Assembly: GCF_009914755.1 (NCBI RefSeq)
Contig: NC_060931.1
Source: the human T2T-CHM13v2.0 reference genome, Homo sapiens
Reading direction: 5' to 3' (one strand)
DNA length: 64,000 bases
A program made the position numbers and the translations under genes. Under the pieces are notes generated by a model. That model made no database searches and had not been told where the DNA came from. It saw only the letters and a list, made by a program, of their open reading frames with translations. Position 1 is the first letter of the stretch; each line of letters opens with the position of its first letter. Below are positions 26,201 through 40,900 of this stretch, piece after piece.

Positions 26201-29200
26201 GAAATGGGATTTCTTCATTTCATGCTAGACAGAAGAATTCTCAGTAACTTCTTTGTGCTGTGTGTATTCAACTCACAGAGTGGAACGTCCCTTTGCACAG
26301 AGCAGATTTGAAACACTCTTTTTGTGGAGTTTGCAAGTGGAGATTTCAAGCGATTTGATGCCAACAGTAGAAAAGGAAATATCTTCAAATAAAAACTAGA
26401 CAGAATCATTCTCAGAAACTACTTTGTGATGTGTGCCTTCAACTCACAGAGTTTAACCTTTCTTTTCTTAGAGCAGTTTAGAAACACTCTGCTTGTTATG
26501 TCTGCAAGTGGATATTTGGACCTCTTTGAGGCCTTCGTTGCAAACGGGGTTTCTTCCTTTCATGCTAGACTAAGAAGAGTTCTCAGTAACTTTTTTGTGT
26601 TGTGTGTATTCAACTCACAGAGTTGAACCTTGCTTTAGAGAGAGCAGATTTGAAACACTCTTGCTGTGGCATTTTCAGGTGGAGATTTCAAGCGATTTGA
26701 GGACAATTGCAGAAAAGGAAATATCTTCGTATAATAACCAGACAGAATCATTCTCAGAAAGTGCTTTGTGATGTGTGCGTTCAACTCACAGAGTTTAACC
26801 TTTCTTTTCATAGAGGAGTTTGGAAACACACTGTTTGTAAAGTCTGCAATTGGATATATGGACCTGTTTGAGGCCTTCGTTGGAAACGGGATTTCTTCAT
26901 TGAATGCTAGACGGAAGAATTCTCAGTAAATTCTTTGTGTTGTGTGCATTCAACTCACAGAGTGGAACGTCCCTTTAGACAGAGCAGATTTGAAACACTC
27001 TTTTTGCGGAATTTGCAAGTGGAGATTTCTAGCCATTTGATGCCAACAGTAGAAAGGGAAATATCTTCAAATAAAAACCAGACAGAATCATTCTCAGAAA
27101 ATTCTTTGTGATGTGTGCGTTCAACTCACATAGTTTAACCTTTCTTTTCATAGAGCAGTTTGGAAACACTCTGTTTGTAAAGTCTGCAAGTGGATATATG
27201 GACCGCATTGAGGCCTTCGTTGGAAACGGGATTTCTTCATTTCATGCTAGACAGAAGAATTCTCAGTAACTTCTTTGTGCTGTGTGTATTCAACTCACAG
27301 AGTGGAACGTCCCTTTACACAGAGCAGATTTGAAACACTCTTTTTGTGGAGTTTGCAAGTGGAGATTTCAAGCGATTTGATGCCAACAGTAGAAAATGAA
27401 ATATCTTCAAATAACAACTAGACAGAATCATTCTCAGAAACTACTTTGTGATGTGTGCCTTCAACTCACAGAGTTTAACCTTTCTTTTCTTAGAGCAGTT
27501 TAGAAACACTCTGCTTGTTATGTCTGCAAGTGGATATTTGGACCTCTTTGAGGCCTTCGTTACAAACGGGGTTTCTTCCTTTAATGCTAGACTAAGAAGA
27601 GTTCTCAGTAACTTTTTTGTGTTGTGTGTATTCAACTCACAGAGTTGAACCTTGCTTTAGAGAGAGCAGATTTGAAACACTCTCGCTGTGGAATTTTCAG
27701 GTGGAGATTTCAAGCGATTTGAGGACAATTGCAGAAAAGGAAATATCTTCGTATAATAAACAGACAGAATCATTCTCAGAAAGTGCTTTGTGATGTGTGC
27801 GTTCAACTCACAGAGTTTAACCATTCTTTTCATAGAGGAGCTTGGAAACACACTGTTTGTAAAGTCTGCAATTGGATATATGGACCTGTTTGAGGCCTCC
27901 GTTGGAAACGGGATTTCTTCATTGAATGCTAGACGGAAGAATTCTCAGTAAATTCTTTGTGTTGTGTGCATTCAACTCACAGAGTGGAACGTCCCTTTAG
28001 ACAGAGCAGATTTGAAACACTCTTTTTGCGGAATTTGCAAGTGGAGATTTCTAGCCATTTGATGTCAACAGTAGAAAGGGAAATATCTTCAAATAAAAAC
28101 CAGACAGAATCATTCTCAGAAAATTCTTTGTTATGTGTGCGTTCAACTCACATAGTTTAACCTTTCTTTTCATAGAGCAGTTTGGAAACACTCTGTTTGT
28201 AAAGTCTGCAAGTGGATATATGGACCGCATTGAGGCCTTCGTTGGAAACGGGATTTCTTCATTTCATGCTAGACAGAAGAATTCTCAGTAACTTCTTTGT
28301 GCTGTGTGTATTCAACTCACAGAGTGGAACGTCCCTTTGCACAGAGCAGATTTGAAACACTCTTTTTGTGGAGTTTGCAAGTGGAGATTTCAAGCGATTT
28401 GATGCCAACAGTAGAAAAGGAAATATCTTCAAATAAAAACTAGACAGAATCATTCTCAGAAACTACTTTGTGATGTGTGCCTTCAACTCACAGAGTTTAA
28501 CCTTTCTTTTCTTAGAGCAGTTTAGAAACACTCTGCTTGTTATGTCTGCAAGTGGATATTTGGACCTCTTTGAGGCCTTCGTTGCAAACGGGGTTTCTTC
28601 CTTTCATGCTAGACTAAGAAGAGTTCTCAGTAACTTTTTTGTGTTGTGTGTATTCAACTCACAGAGTTGAACCTTGCTTTAGAGAGAGCAGATTTGAAAC
28701 ACTCTTGCTGTGGCATTTTCAGGTGGAGATTTCAAGCGATTTGAGGACAATTGCAGAAAAGGAAATATCTTCGTATAATAACCAGACAGAATCATTCTCA
28801 GAAAGTGCTTTGTGATGTGTGCGTTCAACTCACAGAGTTTAACCTTTCTTTTCATAGAGGAGTTTGGAAACACACTGTTTGTAAAGACTGCAAGTGGATA
28901 TATGGACCTGTTTGAGGCCTTCGTTGGAAACGGGATTTCTTCATTGAATGCTAGACGGAAGAATTCTCAGTAAATTCTTTGTGTTGTGTGCATTCAACTC
29001 ACAGAGTGGAACGTCCCTTTAGACAGAGCAGATTTGAAACACTCTTTTTGCGGAATTTGCAAGTGGAGATTTCTAGCCATTTGATGCCAACAGTAGAAAG
29101 GGAAATATCTTCAAATAAAAACCAGACAGAATCATTCTCAGAAAATTCTTTGTGATGTGTGCGTTCAACTCACATAGTTTAACCTTTCTTTTCATAGAGC

Positions 29201-32200
29201 AGTTTGGAAACACTCTGTTTGTAAAGTCTGCAAGTGGATATATGGACCGCATTGAGGCCTTCGTTGGAAACGGGATTTCTTCATTTCATGCTAGACAGAA
29301 GAATTCTCAGTAACTTCTTTGTGCTGTGTGTATTCAACTCACAGAGTGCAACGTCCCTTTACACAGAGCAGATTTGAAACACTCTTTTTGTGGAGTTTGC
29401 AAGTGGAGATTTCAAGCGATTTTATGCCAACAGTAGAAAAGGAAATATCTTCAAATAAAAACTAGACAGAATCATTCTCAGAAACTACTTTGTGATGTGT
29501 GCCTTCAACTCACAGAGTTTAACCTTTCTTTTCTTAGAGCAGCTTAGAAACACTCTGCTTGTTATGTCTGCAAGTGGATATTTGGACCTCTTTGAGGCCT
29601 TCGTTGCAAACGGGGTTTCTTCCTTTCATGCTAGACTAAGAAGAGTTCTCAGTAACATTTTTGTGTTGTGTGTATTCAACTCACAGAGTTGAACCTTGCT
29701 TTAGAGAGAGCAGATTTGAAACACTCTCGCTGTGGCATTATCAGGTGGAGATTTCAAACGATTTGAGGACAATTGCAGAAAAGGAAATATCTTCGTATAA
29801 TAACCAGACAGAATCATTCTCAGAAAGTGCTTTGTGATGTGTGCGTTCAACTCACAGAGTTTAACCTTTCTTTTCATAGAGGAGTTTGGAAACACACTGT
29901 TTGTAAAGTCTGCAATTGGATATATGGACCTGTTTGAGGCCTTCGTTGGAAACGGGATTTCTTCATTGAATGCTAGACGGAAGAAATCTCAGTAAATTCT
30001 TTGTGTTGTGTGCATTCAACTCACAGAGTGGAACGTCCCTTTAGACAGAGCAGATTTGAAACACTCTTTTTGCGGAATTTGCAAGTGGAGATTTCTAGCC
30101 ATTTGATGCCAACAGTAGAAAGGGAAATATCTTCAAATAAAAACCAGACAGAATCATTCTCAGAAAATTCTTTGTGATGTGTGCGTTCAACTCACATAGT
30201 TTAACCTTTCTTTTCATAGAGCAGTTTGGAAACACTCTGTTTGTAAAGTCTGCAAGTGGATATATGGACCGCATTGAGGCCTTCGTTGGAAACGGGATTT
30301 CTTCATTTCATGCTAGACAGAAGAATTCTCAGTAACTTCTTTGTGCTGTGTGTATTCAACTCACAGAGTGGAACGTCCCTTTGCACAGAGCAGATTTGAA
30401 ACACTCTTTTTGTGGAGTTTGCAAGTGGAGATTTCAAGCGATTTGATGCCAACAGTAGAAAAGGAAGTATCTTCAAATAAAAACTAGACAGAATCATTCT
30501 CAGAAACTACTTTGTGATGTGTGCCTTCAACTCACCGAGTTTAACCTTTCTTTTCTGAGAGCAGCTTAGAAACACTCTGCTTGTTATGTCTGCAAGTTGA
30601 TATTTGGACCTCTTTGAGGCCTTCGTTGCAAACGGGGTTTCTTCCTTTAATGCTAGACTAAGAAGAGTTCTCAGTAACTTTTTTGTGTTGTGTGTATTCA
30701 ACTCACAGAGTTGAACCTTGCTTTAGAGAGAGCAGATTTGAAACACTCTTGCTGTGGCATTTTCAGGTGGAGATTTCAAGCGATTTGAGGACAATTGCAG
30801 AAAAGGAAATATCTTCGTATAATAACCAGACAGAATCATTCTCAGAAAGTGCTTTGTGATGTGTGCGTTCAACTCACAGAGTTTAACCTTTCTTTTCATA
30901 GAGGAGTTTGGAAACACACTATTTGTAATGTCTGCAATTGGATATATGGACCTGTTTGAGGCCTTCGTTGGAAACGGGATTTCTTCATTGAATGCTAGAC
31001 GGAAGAATTCTCAGTAAATTCTTTGTGTTGTGTGCATTCAACTCACAGAGTGGAACGTCCCTTTAGACAGAGCAGATTTGAAACACTTTTTGGCGGAATT
31101 TGCAAGTGGAGATTTCTAGCCATTTGATGCCAACAGTAGAAAGGGAAATATCTTCAAATAAAAACCAGACAGAATCATTCTCAGAAAATTCTTTGTGATG
31201 TGTGCGTTCAACTCACATAGTTTAACCTTTCTTTTCATAGAGCAGTTTGGAAACACTCTGTTTGTAAAGTCTGCAAGTGGATATATGGACCGCATTGAGG
31301 CCTTCGTTGGAAACGGGATTTCTTCATTTCATGCTAGACAGAAGAATTCTCAGTAACTTCTTTGTGCTGTGTGTATTCAACTCACAGTGTGGAACGTCCC
31401 TTTACACAGAGCAGATTTGAAACACTCTTTTTGTGGAGTTTGCAAGTGGAGATTTCAAGCGATTTGATGCCAACAGTAGAAAATGAAATATCTTCAAATA
31501 AAAACTAGACAGAATCATTCTCAGAAACTACTTTGTGATGTGTGCCTTCAACTCACAGAGTTTAACCTTTCTTTTCTTAGAGCAGTTTAGAAACACTCTG
31601 CTTGTTATGTCTGCAAGTGGATATTTGGACCTCTTTGAGGCCTTCGTTGCAAACGGGGTTTCTTCCTTTAATGCTAGACTAAGAAGAGTTCTCAGTAACT
31701 TTTCTGTGTTGTGTGTATTCAACTCACAGAGTTGAACCTTGCTTTAGAGAGAGCAGATTTGAAACACTCTCGCTGTGGAATTTTCAGGTGGAGATTTCAA
31801 GCGATTTGAGGACAATTGCAGAAAAGGAAATATCTTCGTATAATAACCAGACAGAATCATTCTCAGAAAGTGCTTTGTGATGTGTGCGTTCAACTCACAG
31901 AGTTTAACCTTTCTTTTCATAGAGGAGTTTGGAAACACACTGTTTGTAAAGTCTGCAATTGGATATATGGACCTGTTTGAGGCCTTCGTTGGAAACGGGA
32001 TTTCTTCATTGAATGCTAGACGGAAGGATTCTCAGTAAATTCTTTGTGTTGTGTGCATTCAACTCACAGAGTGGAACGTCCCTTTAGACAGAGCAGATTT
32101 GAAACACTCTTTTTGCGGAATTTGCAAGTGGAGATTTCTAGCCATTTGATGCCAACAGTAGAAAGGGAAATATCTTCAAATAAAAACCAGACAGAATCAT

Positions 32201-34950
32201 TCTCAGAAAATTCTTTGTGATGTGTGCGTTCAACTCACATAGTTTAACCTTTCTTTTCATAGAGCAGTTTGGAAACACTCTGTTTGTAAAGTCTGCAAGT
32301 GGATATATGGACCGCATTGAGGCCTTCGTTGGAAACGGGATTTCTTCATTTCATGCTAGACAGAAGAATTCTCAGTAACTTCTTTGTGCTGTGTGTATTC
32401 AACTCACAGAGTGGAACGTCCCTTTACACAGAGCAGATTTGAAACACTCTTTTTGTGGAGTTTGCAAGTGGAGATTTCAAGCGATTTGATGCCAACAGTA
32501 GAAAAGGAAATATCTTCAAATAAAAACTAGACAGAATCATTCTCAGAAACTACTTTGTGATGTGTGCCTTCAACTCACAGAGTTTAACCTTTCTTTTCTT
32601 AGAGCAGTTTAGAAACACTCTGCTTGTTATGTCTGCAAGTGGATATTTGGACCTCTTTGAGGCCTTCGTTGCAAACGGGGTTTCTTCCTTTCATGCTAGA
32701 CTAAGAAGAGTTCTCAGTAACTTTTTTGTGTTGTGTGTATTCAACTCACAGAGTTGAACCTTGCTTTAGAGAGAGCAGATTTGAAACACTCTTGCTGTGG
32801 CATTTTCAGGTGGAGATTTCAAGCGATTTGAGGACAATTGCAGAAAAGGAAATATCTTCGTATAATAACCAGACAGAATCATTCTCAGAAAGTGCTTTGT
32901 GATGTGTGCGTTCAACTCACAGAGTTTAACCTTTCTTTTCATAGAGGAGTTTGGAAACACACTGTTTGTAAAGTCTGCAAGTGGATATATGGACCTGTTT
33001 GAGGCCTTCGTTGGAAACGGGATTTCTTCATTGAATGCTAGACGGAAGAATTCTCAGTAAATTCTTTGTGTTGTGTGCATTCAACTCACAGAGTGGAACG
33101 TCCCTTTAGACAGAGCAGATTTGAAACACTCTTTTTGCGGAATTTGCAAGTGGAGATTTCTAGCCATTTGATGCCAACAGTAGAAAGGGAAATATCTTCA
33201 AATAAAAACCAGACAGAATCATTCTCAGAAAATTCTTTGTGATGTGTGCGTTCAACTCACATAGTTTAACCTTTCTTTTCATAGAGCAGTTTGGAAACAC
33301 TCTGTTTGTAAAGTCTGCAAGTGGATATATGGACCGCATTGAGGCCTTCGTTGGAAACGGGATTTCTTCATTTCATGCTAGACAGAAGAATTCTCAGTAA
33401 CTTCTTTGTGCTGTGTGTATTCAACTCACAGAGTGGAACGTCCCTTTGCACAGAGCAGATTTGAAACACTCTTTTTGTGGAGTTTGCAAGTGGAGATTTC
33501 AAGCGATTTGATGCCAACAGTAGAAAAGGAAATATCTTCAAATAAAAACTAGACAGAATCATTCTCAGAAACTACTTTGTGATGTGTGCCTTCAACTCAC
33601 AGAGTTTAACCTTTCTTTTCTTAGAGCAGTTTAGAAACACTCTGCTTGTTATGTCTGCAAGTGGATATTTGGACCTCTTTGAGGCCTTCGTTGCAAACGG
33701 GGTTTCTTCCTTTCATGCTAGACTAAGAAGAGTTCTCAGTAACTTTTTTGTGTTGTGTGTATTCAACTCACAGAGTTGAACCTTGCTTTAGAGAGAGCAG
33801 ATTTGAAACACTCTCGCTGTGGCATTTTCAGGTGGAGATTTCAAACGATTTGAGGACAATTGCAGAAAAGGAAATATCTTCGTATAATAACCAGACAGAA
33901 TCATTCTCAGAAAGTGCTTTGTGATGTGTGCGTTCAACTCACAGAGTTTAACCTTTCTTTTCATAGAGGAGTTTGGAAACACACTGTTTGTAAAGTCTGC
34001 AAGTGGATATATGGACCTGTTTGAGGCCTTCGTTGGAAACGGGATTTCTTCATTGAATGCTAGACGGAAGAATTCTCAGTAAATTCTTTGTGTTGTGTGC
34101 ATTCAACTCACAGAGTGGAACGTCCCTTTAGACAGAGCAGATTTGAAACACTCTTTTTGCGGAATTTGCAAGTGGAGATTTCTAGCCATTTGATGCCAAC
34201 AGTAGAAAGGGAAATATCTTCAAATAAAAACCAGACAGAATCATTCTCAGAAAATTCTTTGTGATGTGTGCGTTCAACTCACATAGTTTAACCTTTCTTT
34301 TCATAGAGCAGTTTGGAAACACTCTGTTTGTAAAGTCTGCAAGTGGATATATGGACCGCATTGAGGCCTTCGTTGGAAACGGGATTTCTTCATTTCATGC
34401 TAGACAGAAGAATTCTCAGTAACTTCTTTGTGCTGTGTGTATTCAACTCACAGAGTGGAACGTCCCTTTGCACAGAGCAGATTTGAAACACTCTTTTTGT
34501 GGAGTTTGCAAGTGGAGATTTCAAGCGATTTGATGCCAACAGTAGAAAAGGAAGTATCTTCAAATAAAAACTAGACAGAATCATTCTCAGAAACTACTTT
34601 GTGATGTGTGCCTTCAACTCACCGAGTTTAACCTTTCTTTTCTGAGAGCAGTTTAGAAACACTCTGCTTGTTATGTCTGCAAGTTGATATTTGGACCTCT
34701 TTGAGGCCTTCGTTGCAAACGGGGTTTCTTCCTTTAATGCTAGACTAAGAAGAGTTCTCAGTAACTTTTTTGTGTTGTGTGTATTCAACTCACAGAGTTG
34801 AACCTTGCTTTAGAGAGAGCAGATTTGAAACACTCTTGCTGTGGCATTTTCAGGTGGAGATTTCAAGCGATTTGAGGACAATTGCAGAAAAGGAAATATC
34901 TTCGTATAATAACCAGACAGAATCATTCTCAGAAAGTGCTTTGTGATGTG
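12350..34950 (+). repeat. Tandem 11-HOR duplication (period 11,241 bp)
   Basis: Variant ORFs recur at exactly +11241: 13141/24382, 16200/27441, 16716/27957, 19266/30507, 20287/31528, 23353/34594. Confidence 0.92.
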
Positions 34951-37900
34951 TGCGTTCAACTCACAGAGTTTAACCTTTCTTTTCATAGAGGAGTTTGGAA
35001 ACACACTGTTTGTAATTTCTGCAATTGGATATATGGACCTGTTTGAGGCCTTCGTTGGAAACGGGATTTCTTCATTGAATGCTAGACGGAAGAATTCTCA
35101 GTAAATTCTTTGTGTTGTGTGCATTCAACTCACAGAGTGGAACGTCCCTTTAGACAGAGCAGATTTGAAACACTTTTTGGCGGAATTTGCAAGTGGAGAT
35201 TTCTAGCCATTTGATGCCAACAGTAGAAAGGGAAATATCTTCAAATAAAAACCAGACAGAATCATTCTCAGAAAATTCTTTGTGATGTGTGCGTTCAACT
35301 CACATAGTTTAACCTTTCTTTTCATAGAGCAGTTTGGAAACACTCTGTTTGTAAAGTCTGCAAGTGGATATATGGACCGCATTGAGGCCTTCGTTGGAAA
35401 CGGGATTTCTTCATTTCATGCTAGACAGAAGAATTCTCAGTAACTTCTTTGTGCTGTGTGTATTCAACTCACAGAGTGGAACGTCCCTTTACACAGAGCA
35501 GATTTGAAACACTCTTTTTGTGGAGTTTGCAAGTGGAGATTTCAAGCGATTTGATGCCAACAGTAGAAAAGGAAATATCTTCAAATAAAAACTAGACAGA
35601 ATCATTCTCAGAAACTACTTTGTGATGTGTGCCTTCAACTCACAGAGTTTAACCTTTCTTTTCTTAGAGCAGCTTAGAAACACTCTGCTTGTTATGTCTG
35701 CAAGTGGATATTTGGACCTCTTTGAGGCCTTCGTTGCAAACGGGGTTTCTTCCTTTAATGCTAGACTAAGAAGAGTTCTCAGTAACTTTTTTGTGTTGTG
35801 TGTATTCAACTCACAGAGTTGAACCTTGCTTTAGAGAGTGCAGATTTGAAACACTCTCGCTGTGGAATTTTCAGGTGGAGATTTCAAGCGATTTGAGGAC
35901 AATTGCAGAAAAGGAAATATCTTCGTATAATAACCAGACAGAATCATTCTCAGAAAGTGCTTTGTGATGTGTGCGTTCAACTCACAGAGTTTAACCTTTC
36001 TTTTCATAGAGGAGTTTGGAAACACACTGTTTGTAATGTCTGCAATTGGATATATGGACCTGTTTGAGGTCTTCGTTGGAAACGGGATTTCTTCATTGAA
36101 TGCTAGACGGAAGGATTCTCAGTAAATTCTTTGTGTTGTGTGCATTCAACTCACAGAGTGGAACGTCCCTTTAGACAGAGCAGATTTGAAACACTCTTTT
36201 TGCGGAATTTGCAAGTGGAGATTTCTAGCCATTTGATGCCAACAGTAGAAAGGGAAATATCTTCAAATAAAAACCAGACAGAATCATTCTCAGAAAATTC
36301 TTTGTGATATGTGCGTTCAACTCACATAGTTTAACCTTTCTTTTCATAGAGCAGTTTGGAAACACTCTGTTTGTAAAGTCTGCAAGTGGATATATGGACC
36401 GCATTGAGGCCTTCGTTGGAAACGGGATTTCTTCATTTCATGCTAGACAGAAGAATTCTCAGTAACTTCTTTGTGCTGTGTGTATTCAACTCACAGAGTG
36501 GAACGTCCCTTTACACAGAGCAGATTTGAAACACTCTTTTTGTGGAGTTTGCAAGTGGAGATTTCAAGCGATTTGATGCCAACAGTAGAAAAGGAAATAT
36601 CTTCAAATAAAAACTAGACAGAATCATTCTCAGAAACTACTTTGTGATGTGTGCCTTCAACTCACAGAGTTTAACCTTTCTTTTCTTAGAGCAGTTTAGA
36701 AACACTCTGCTTGTTATGTCTGCAAGTGGATATTTGGACCTCTTTGAGGCCTTCGTTGCAAACGGGGTTTCTTCCTTTCATGCTAGACTAAGAAGAGTTC
36801 TCAGTAACTTTTTTGTGTTGTGTGTATTCAACTCACAGAGTTGAACCTTGCTTTAGAGAGAGCAGATTTGAAACACTCTTGCTGTGGCATTTTCAGGTGG
36901 AGATTTCAAGCGATTTGAGGACAATTGCAGAAAAGGAAATATCTTCGTATAATAACCAGACAGAATCATTCTCAGAAAGTGCTTTGTGATGTGTGCGTTC
37001 AACTCACAGAGTTTAACCTTTCTTTTCATAGAGGAGTTTGGAAACACACTGTTTGTAATGTCTGCAATTGGATATATGGACCTGTTTGAGGCCTTCGTTG
37101 GAAACGGGATTTCTTCATTGAATGCTAGACGGAAGAATTCTCAGTAAATTCTTTGTGTTGTGTGCATTCAACTCACAGAGTGGAACGTCCCTTTAGACAG
37201 AGCAGATTTGAAACACTTTTTGGCGGAATTTGCAAGTGGAGATTTTTAGCCATTTGATGCCAACAGTAGAAAGGGAAATATCTTCAAATAAAAACCAGAC
37301 AGAATCATTCTCAGAAAATTCTTTGTGATGTGTGCGTTCAACTCACATAGTTTAACCTTTCTTTTCATAGAGCAGTTTGGAAACACTCTGTTTGTAAAGT
37401 CTGCAAGTGGATATATGGACCGCATTGAGGCCTTCGTTGGAAACGGGATTTCTTCATTTCATGCTAGACAGAAGAATTCTCAGTAACTTCTTTGTGCTGT
37501 GTGTATTCAACTCACAGAGTGGAACGTCCCTTTGCACAGAGCAGATTTGAAACACTCTTTTTGTGGAGTTTGCAAGTGGAGATTTCAAGCGATTTGATGC
37601 CAACAGTAGAAAAGGAAGTATCTTCAAATAAAAACTAGACAGAATCATTCTCAGAAACTACTTTGTGATGTGTGCCTTCAACTCACCGAGTTTAACCTTT
37701 CTTTTCTGAGAGCAGCTTAGAAACACTCTGCTTGTTATGTCTGCAAGTTGATATTTGGACCTCTTTGAGGCCTTCGTTGCAAACGGGGTTTCTTCCTTTA
37801 ATGCTAGACTAAGAAGAGTTCTCAGTAACTTTTTTGTGTTGTGTGTATTCAACTCACAGAGTTGAACCTTGCTTTAGAGAGAGCAGATTTGAAACACTCT

Positions 37901-40900
37901 TGCTGTGGCATTTTCAGGTGGAGATTTCAAGCGATTTGAGGACAATTGCAGAAAAGGAAATATCTTCGTATAATAACCAGACAGAATCATTCTCAGAAAG
38001 TGCTTTGTGATGTGTGCGTTCAACTCACAGAGTTTAACCTTTCTTTTCATAGAGGAGTTTGGAAACACACTATTTGTAATGTCTGCAATTGGATATATGG
38101 ACCTGTTTGAGGCCTTCGTTGGAAACGGGATTTCTTCATTGAATGCTAGACGGAAGAATTCTCAGTAAATTCTTTGTGTTGTGTGCATTCAACTCACAGA
38201 GTGGAACGTCCCTTTAGACAGAGCAGATTTGAAACACTTTTTGGCGGAATTTGCAAGTGGAGATTTCTAGCCATTTGATGCCAACAGTAGAAAGGGAAAT
38301 ATCTTCAAATAAAAACCAGACAGAATCATTCTCAGAAAATTCTTTGTGATGTGTGCGTTCAACTCACATAGTTTAACCTTTCTTTTCATAGAGCAGTTTG
38401 GAAACACTCTGTTTGTAAAGTCTGCAAGTGGATATATGGACCGCATTGAGGCCTTCGTTGGAAACGGGATTTCTTCATTTCATGCTAGACAGAAGAATTC
38501 TCAGTAACTTCTTTGTGCTGTGTGTATTCAACTCACAGTGTGGAACGTCCCTTTACACAGAGCAGATTTGAAACACTCTTTTTGTGGAGTTTGCAAGTGG
38601 AGATTTCAAGCGATTTGATGCCAACAGTAGAAAATGAAATATCTTCAAATAAAAACTAGACAGAATCATTCTCAGAAACTACTTTGTGATGTGTGCCTTC
38701 AACTCACAGAGTTTAACCTTTCTTTTCTTAGAGCAGTTTAGAAACACTCTGCTTGTTATGTCTGCAAGTGGATATTTGGACCTCTTTGAGGCCTTCGTTG
38801 CAAACGGGGTTTCTTCCTTTCATGCTAGACTAAGAAGAGTTCTCAGTAACTTTTCTGTGTTGTGTGTATTCAACTCACAGAGTTGAACCTTGCTTTAGAG
38901 AGAGCAGATTTGAAACACTCTCGCTGTGGAATTTTCAGGTGGAGATTTCAAGCGATTTGAGGACAATTGCAGAAAAGGAAATATCTTCGTATAATAACCA
39001 GACAGAATCATTCTCAGAAAGTGCTTTGTGATGTGTGCGTTCAACTCACAGAGTTTAACCTTTCTTTTCATAGAGGAGTTTGGAAACACACTGTTTGTAA
39101 AGTCTGCAATTGGATATATGGACCTGTTTGAGGCCTTCGTTGGAAACGGGATTTCTTCATTGAATGCTAGACGGAAGGATTCTCAGTAAATTCTTTGTGT
39201 TGTGTGCATTCAACTCACAGAGTGGAACGTCCCTTTAGACAGAGCAGATTTGAAACACTCTTTTTGCGGAATTTGCAAGTGGAGATTTCTAGCCATTTGA
39301 TGCCAACAGTAGAAAGGGAAATATCTTCAAATAAAAACCAGACAGAATCATTCTCAGAAAATTCTTTGTGATGTGTGCGTTCAACTCACATAGTTTAACC
39401 TTTCTTTTCATATAGCAGTTTGGAAACACTCTGTTTGTAAAGTCTGCAAGTGGATATATGGACCGCATTGAGGCCTTCGTTGGAAACGGGATTTCTTCAT
39501 TTCATGCTAGACAGAAGAATTCTCAGTAACTTCTTTGTGCTGTGTGTATTCAACTCACAGAGTGGAACGTCCCTTTACACAGAGCAGATTTGAAACACTC
39601 TTTTTGTGGAGTTTGCAAGTGGAGATTTCAAGCGATTTGATGCCAACAGTAGAAAAGGAAATATCTTCAAATAAAAACTAGACAGAATCATTCTCAGAAA
39701 CTACTTTGTGATGTGTGCCTTCAACTCACAGAGTTTAACCTTTCTTTTCTTAGAGCAGTTTAGAAACACTCTGCTTGTTATGTCTGCAAGTGGATATTTG
39801 GACCTCTTTGAGGCCTTCGTTGCAAACGGGGTTTCTTCCTTTCATGCTAGACTAAGAAGAGTTCTCAGTAACTTTTTTGTGTTGTGTGTATTCAACTCAC
39901 AGAGTTGAACCTTGCTTTAGAGAGAGCAGATTTGAAACACTCTTGCTGTGGCATTTTCAGGTGGAGATTTCAAGCGATTTGAGGACAATTGCAGAAAAGG
40001 AAATATCTTCGTATAATAACCAGACAGAATCATTCTCAGAAAGTGCTTTGTGATGTGTGCGTTCAACTCACAGAGTTTAACCTTTCTTTTCATAGAGGAG
40101 TTTGGAAACACACTGTTTGTAAAGTCTGCAAGTGGATATATGGACCTGTTTGAGGCCTTCGTTGGAAACGGGATTTCTTCATTGAATGCTAGACGGAAGA
40201 ATTCTCAGTAAATTCTTTGTGTTGTGTGCATTCAACTCACAGAGTGGAACGTCCCTTTAGACAGAGCAGATTTGAAACACTCTTTTTGCGGAATTTGCAA
40301 GTGGAGATTTCTAGCCATTTGATGCCAACAGTAGAAAGGGAAATATCTTCAAATAAAAACCAGACAGAATCATTCTCAGAAAATTCTTTGTGATGTGTGC
40401 GTTCAACTCACATAGTTTAACCTTTCTTTTCATAGAGCAGTTTGGAAACACTCTGTTTGTAAAGTCTGCAAGTGGATATATGGACCGCATTGAGGCCTTC
40501 GTTGGAAACGGGATTTCTTCATTTCATGCTAGACAGAAGAATTCTCAGTAACTTCTTTGTGCTGTGTGTATTCAACTCACAGAGTGGAACGTCCCTTTGC
40601 ACAGAGCAGATTTGAAACACTCTTTTTGTGGAGTTTGCAAGTGGAGATTTCAAGCGATTTGATGCCAACAGTAGAAAAGGAAATATCTTCAAATAAAAAC
40701 TAGACAGAATCATTCTCAGAAACTACTTTGTGATGTGTGCCTTCAACTCACAGAGTTTAACCTTTCTTTTCTTAGAGCAGTTTAGAAACACTCTGCTTGT
40801 TATGTCTGCAAGTGGATATTTGGACCTCTTTGAGGCCTTCGTTGCAAACGGGGTTTCTTCCTTTCATGCTAGACTAAGAAGAGTTCTCAGTAACTTTTTT

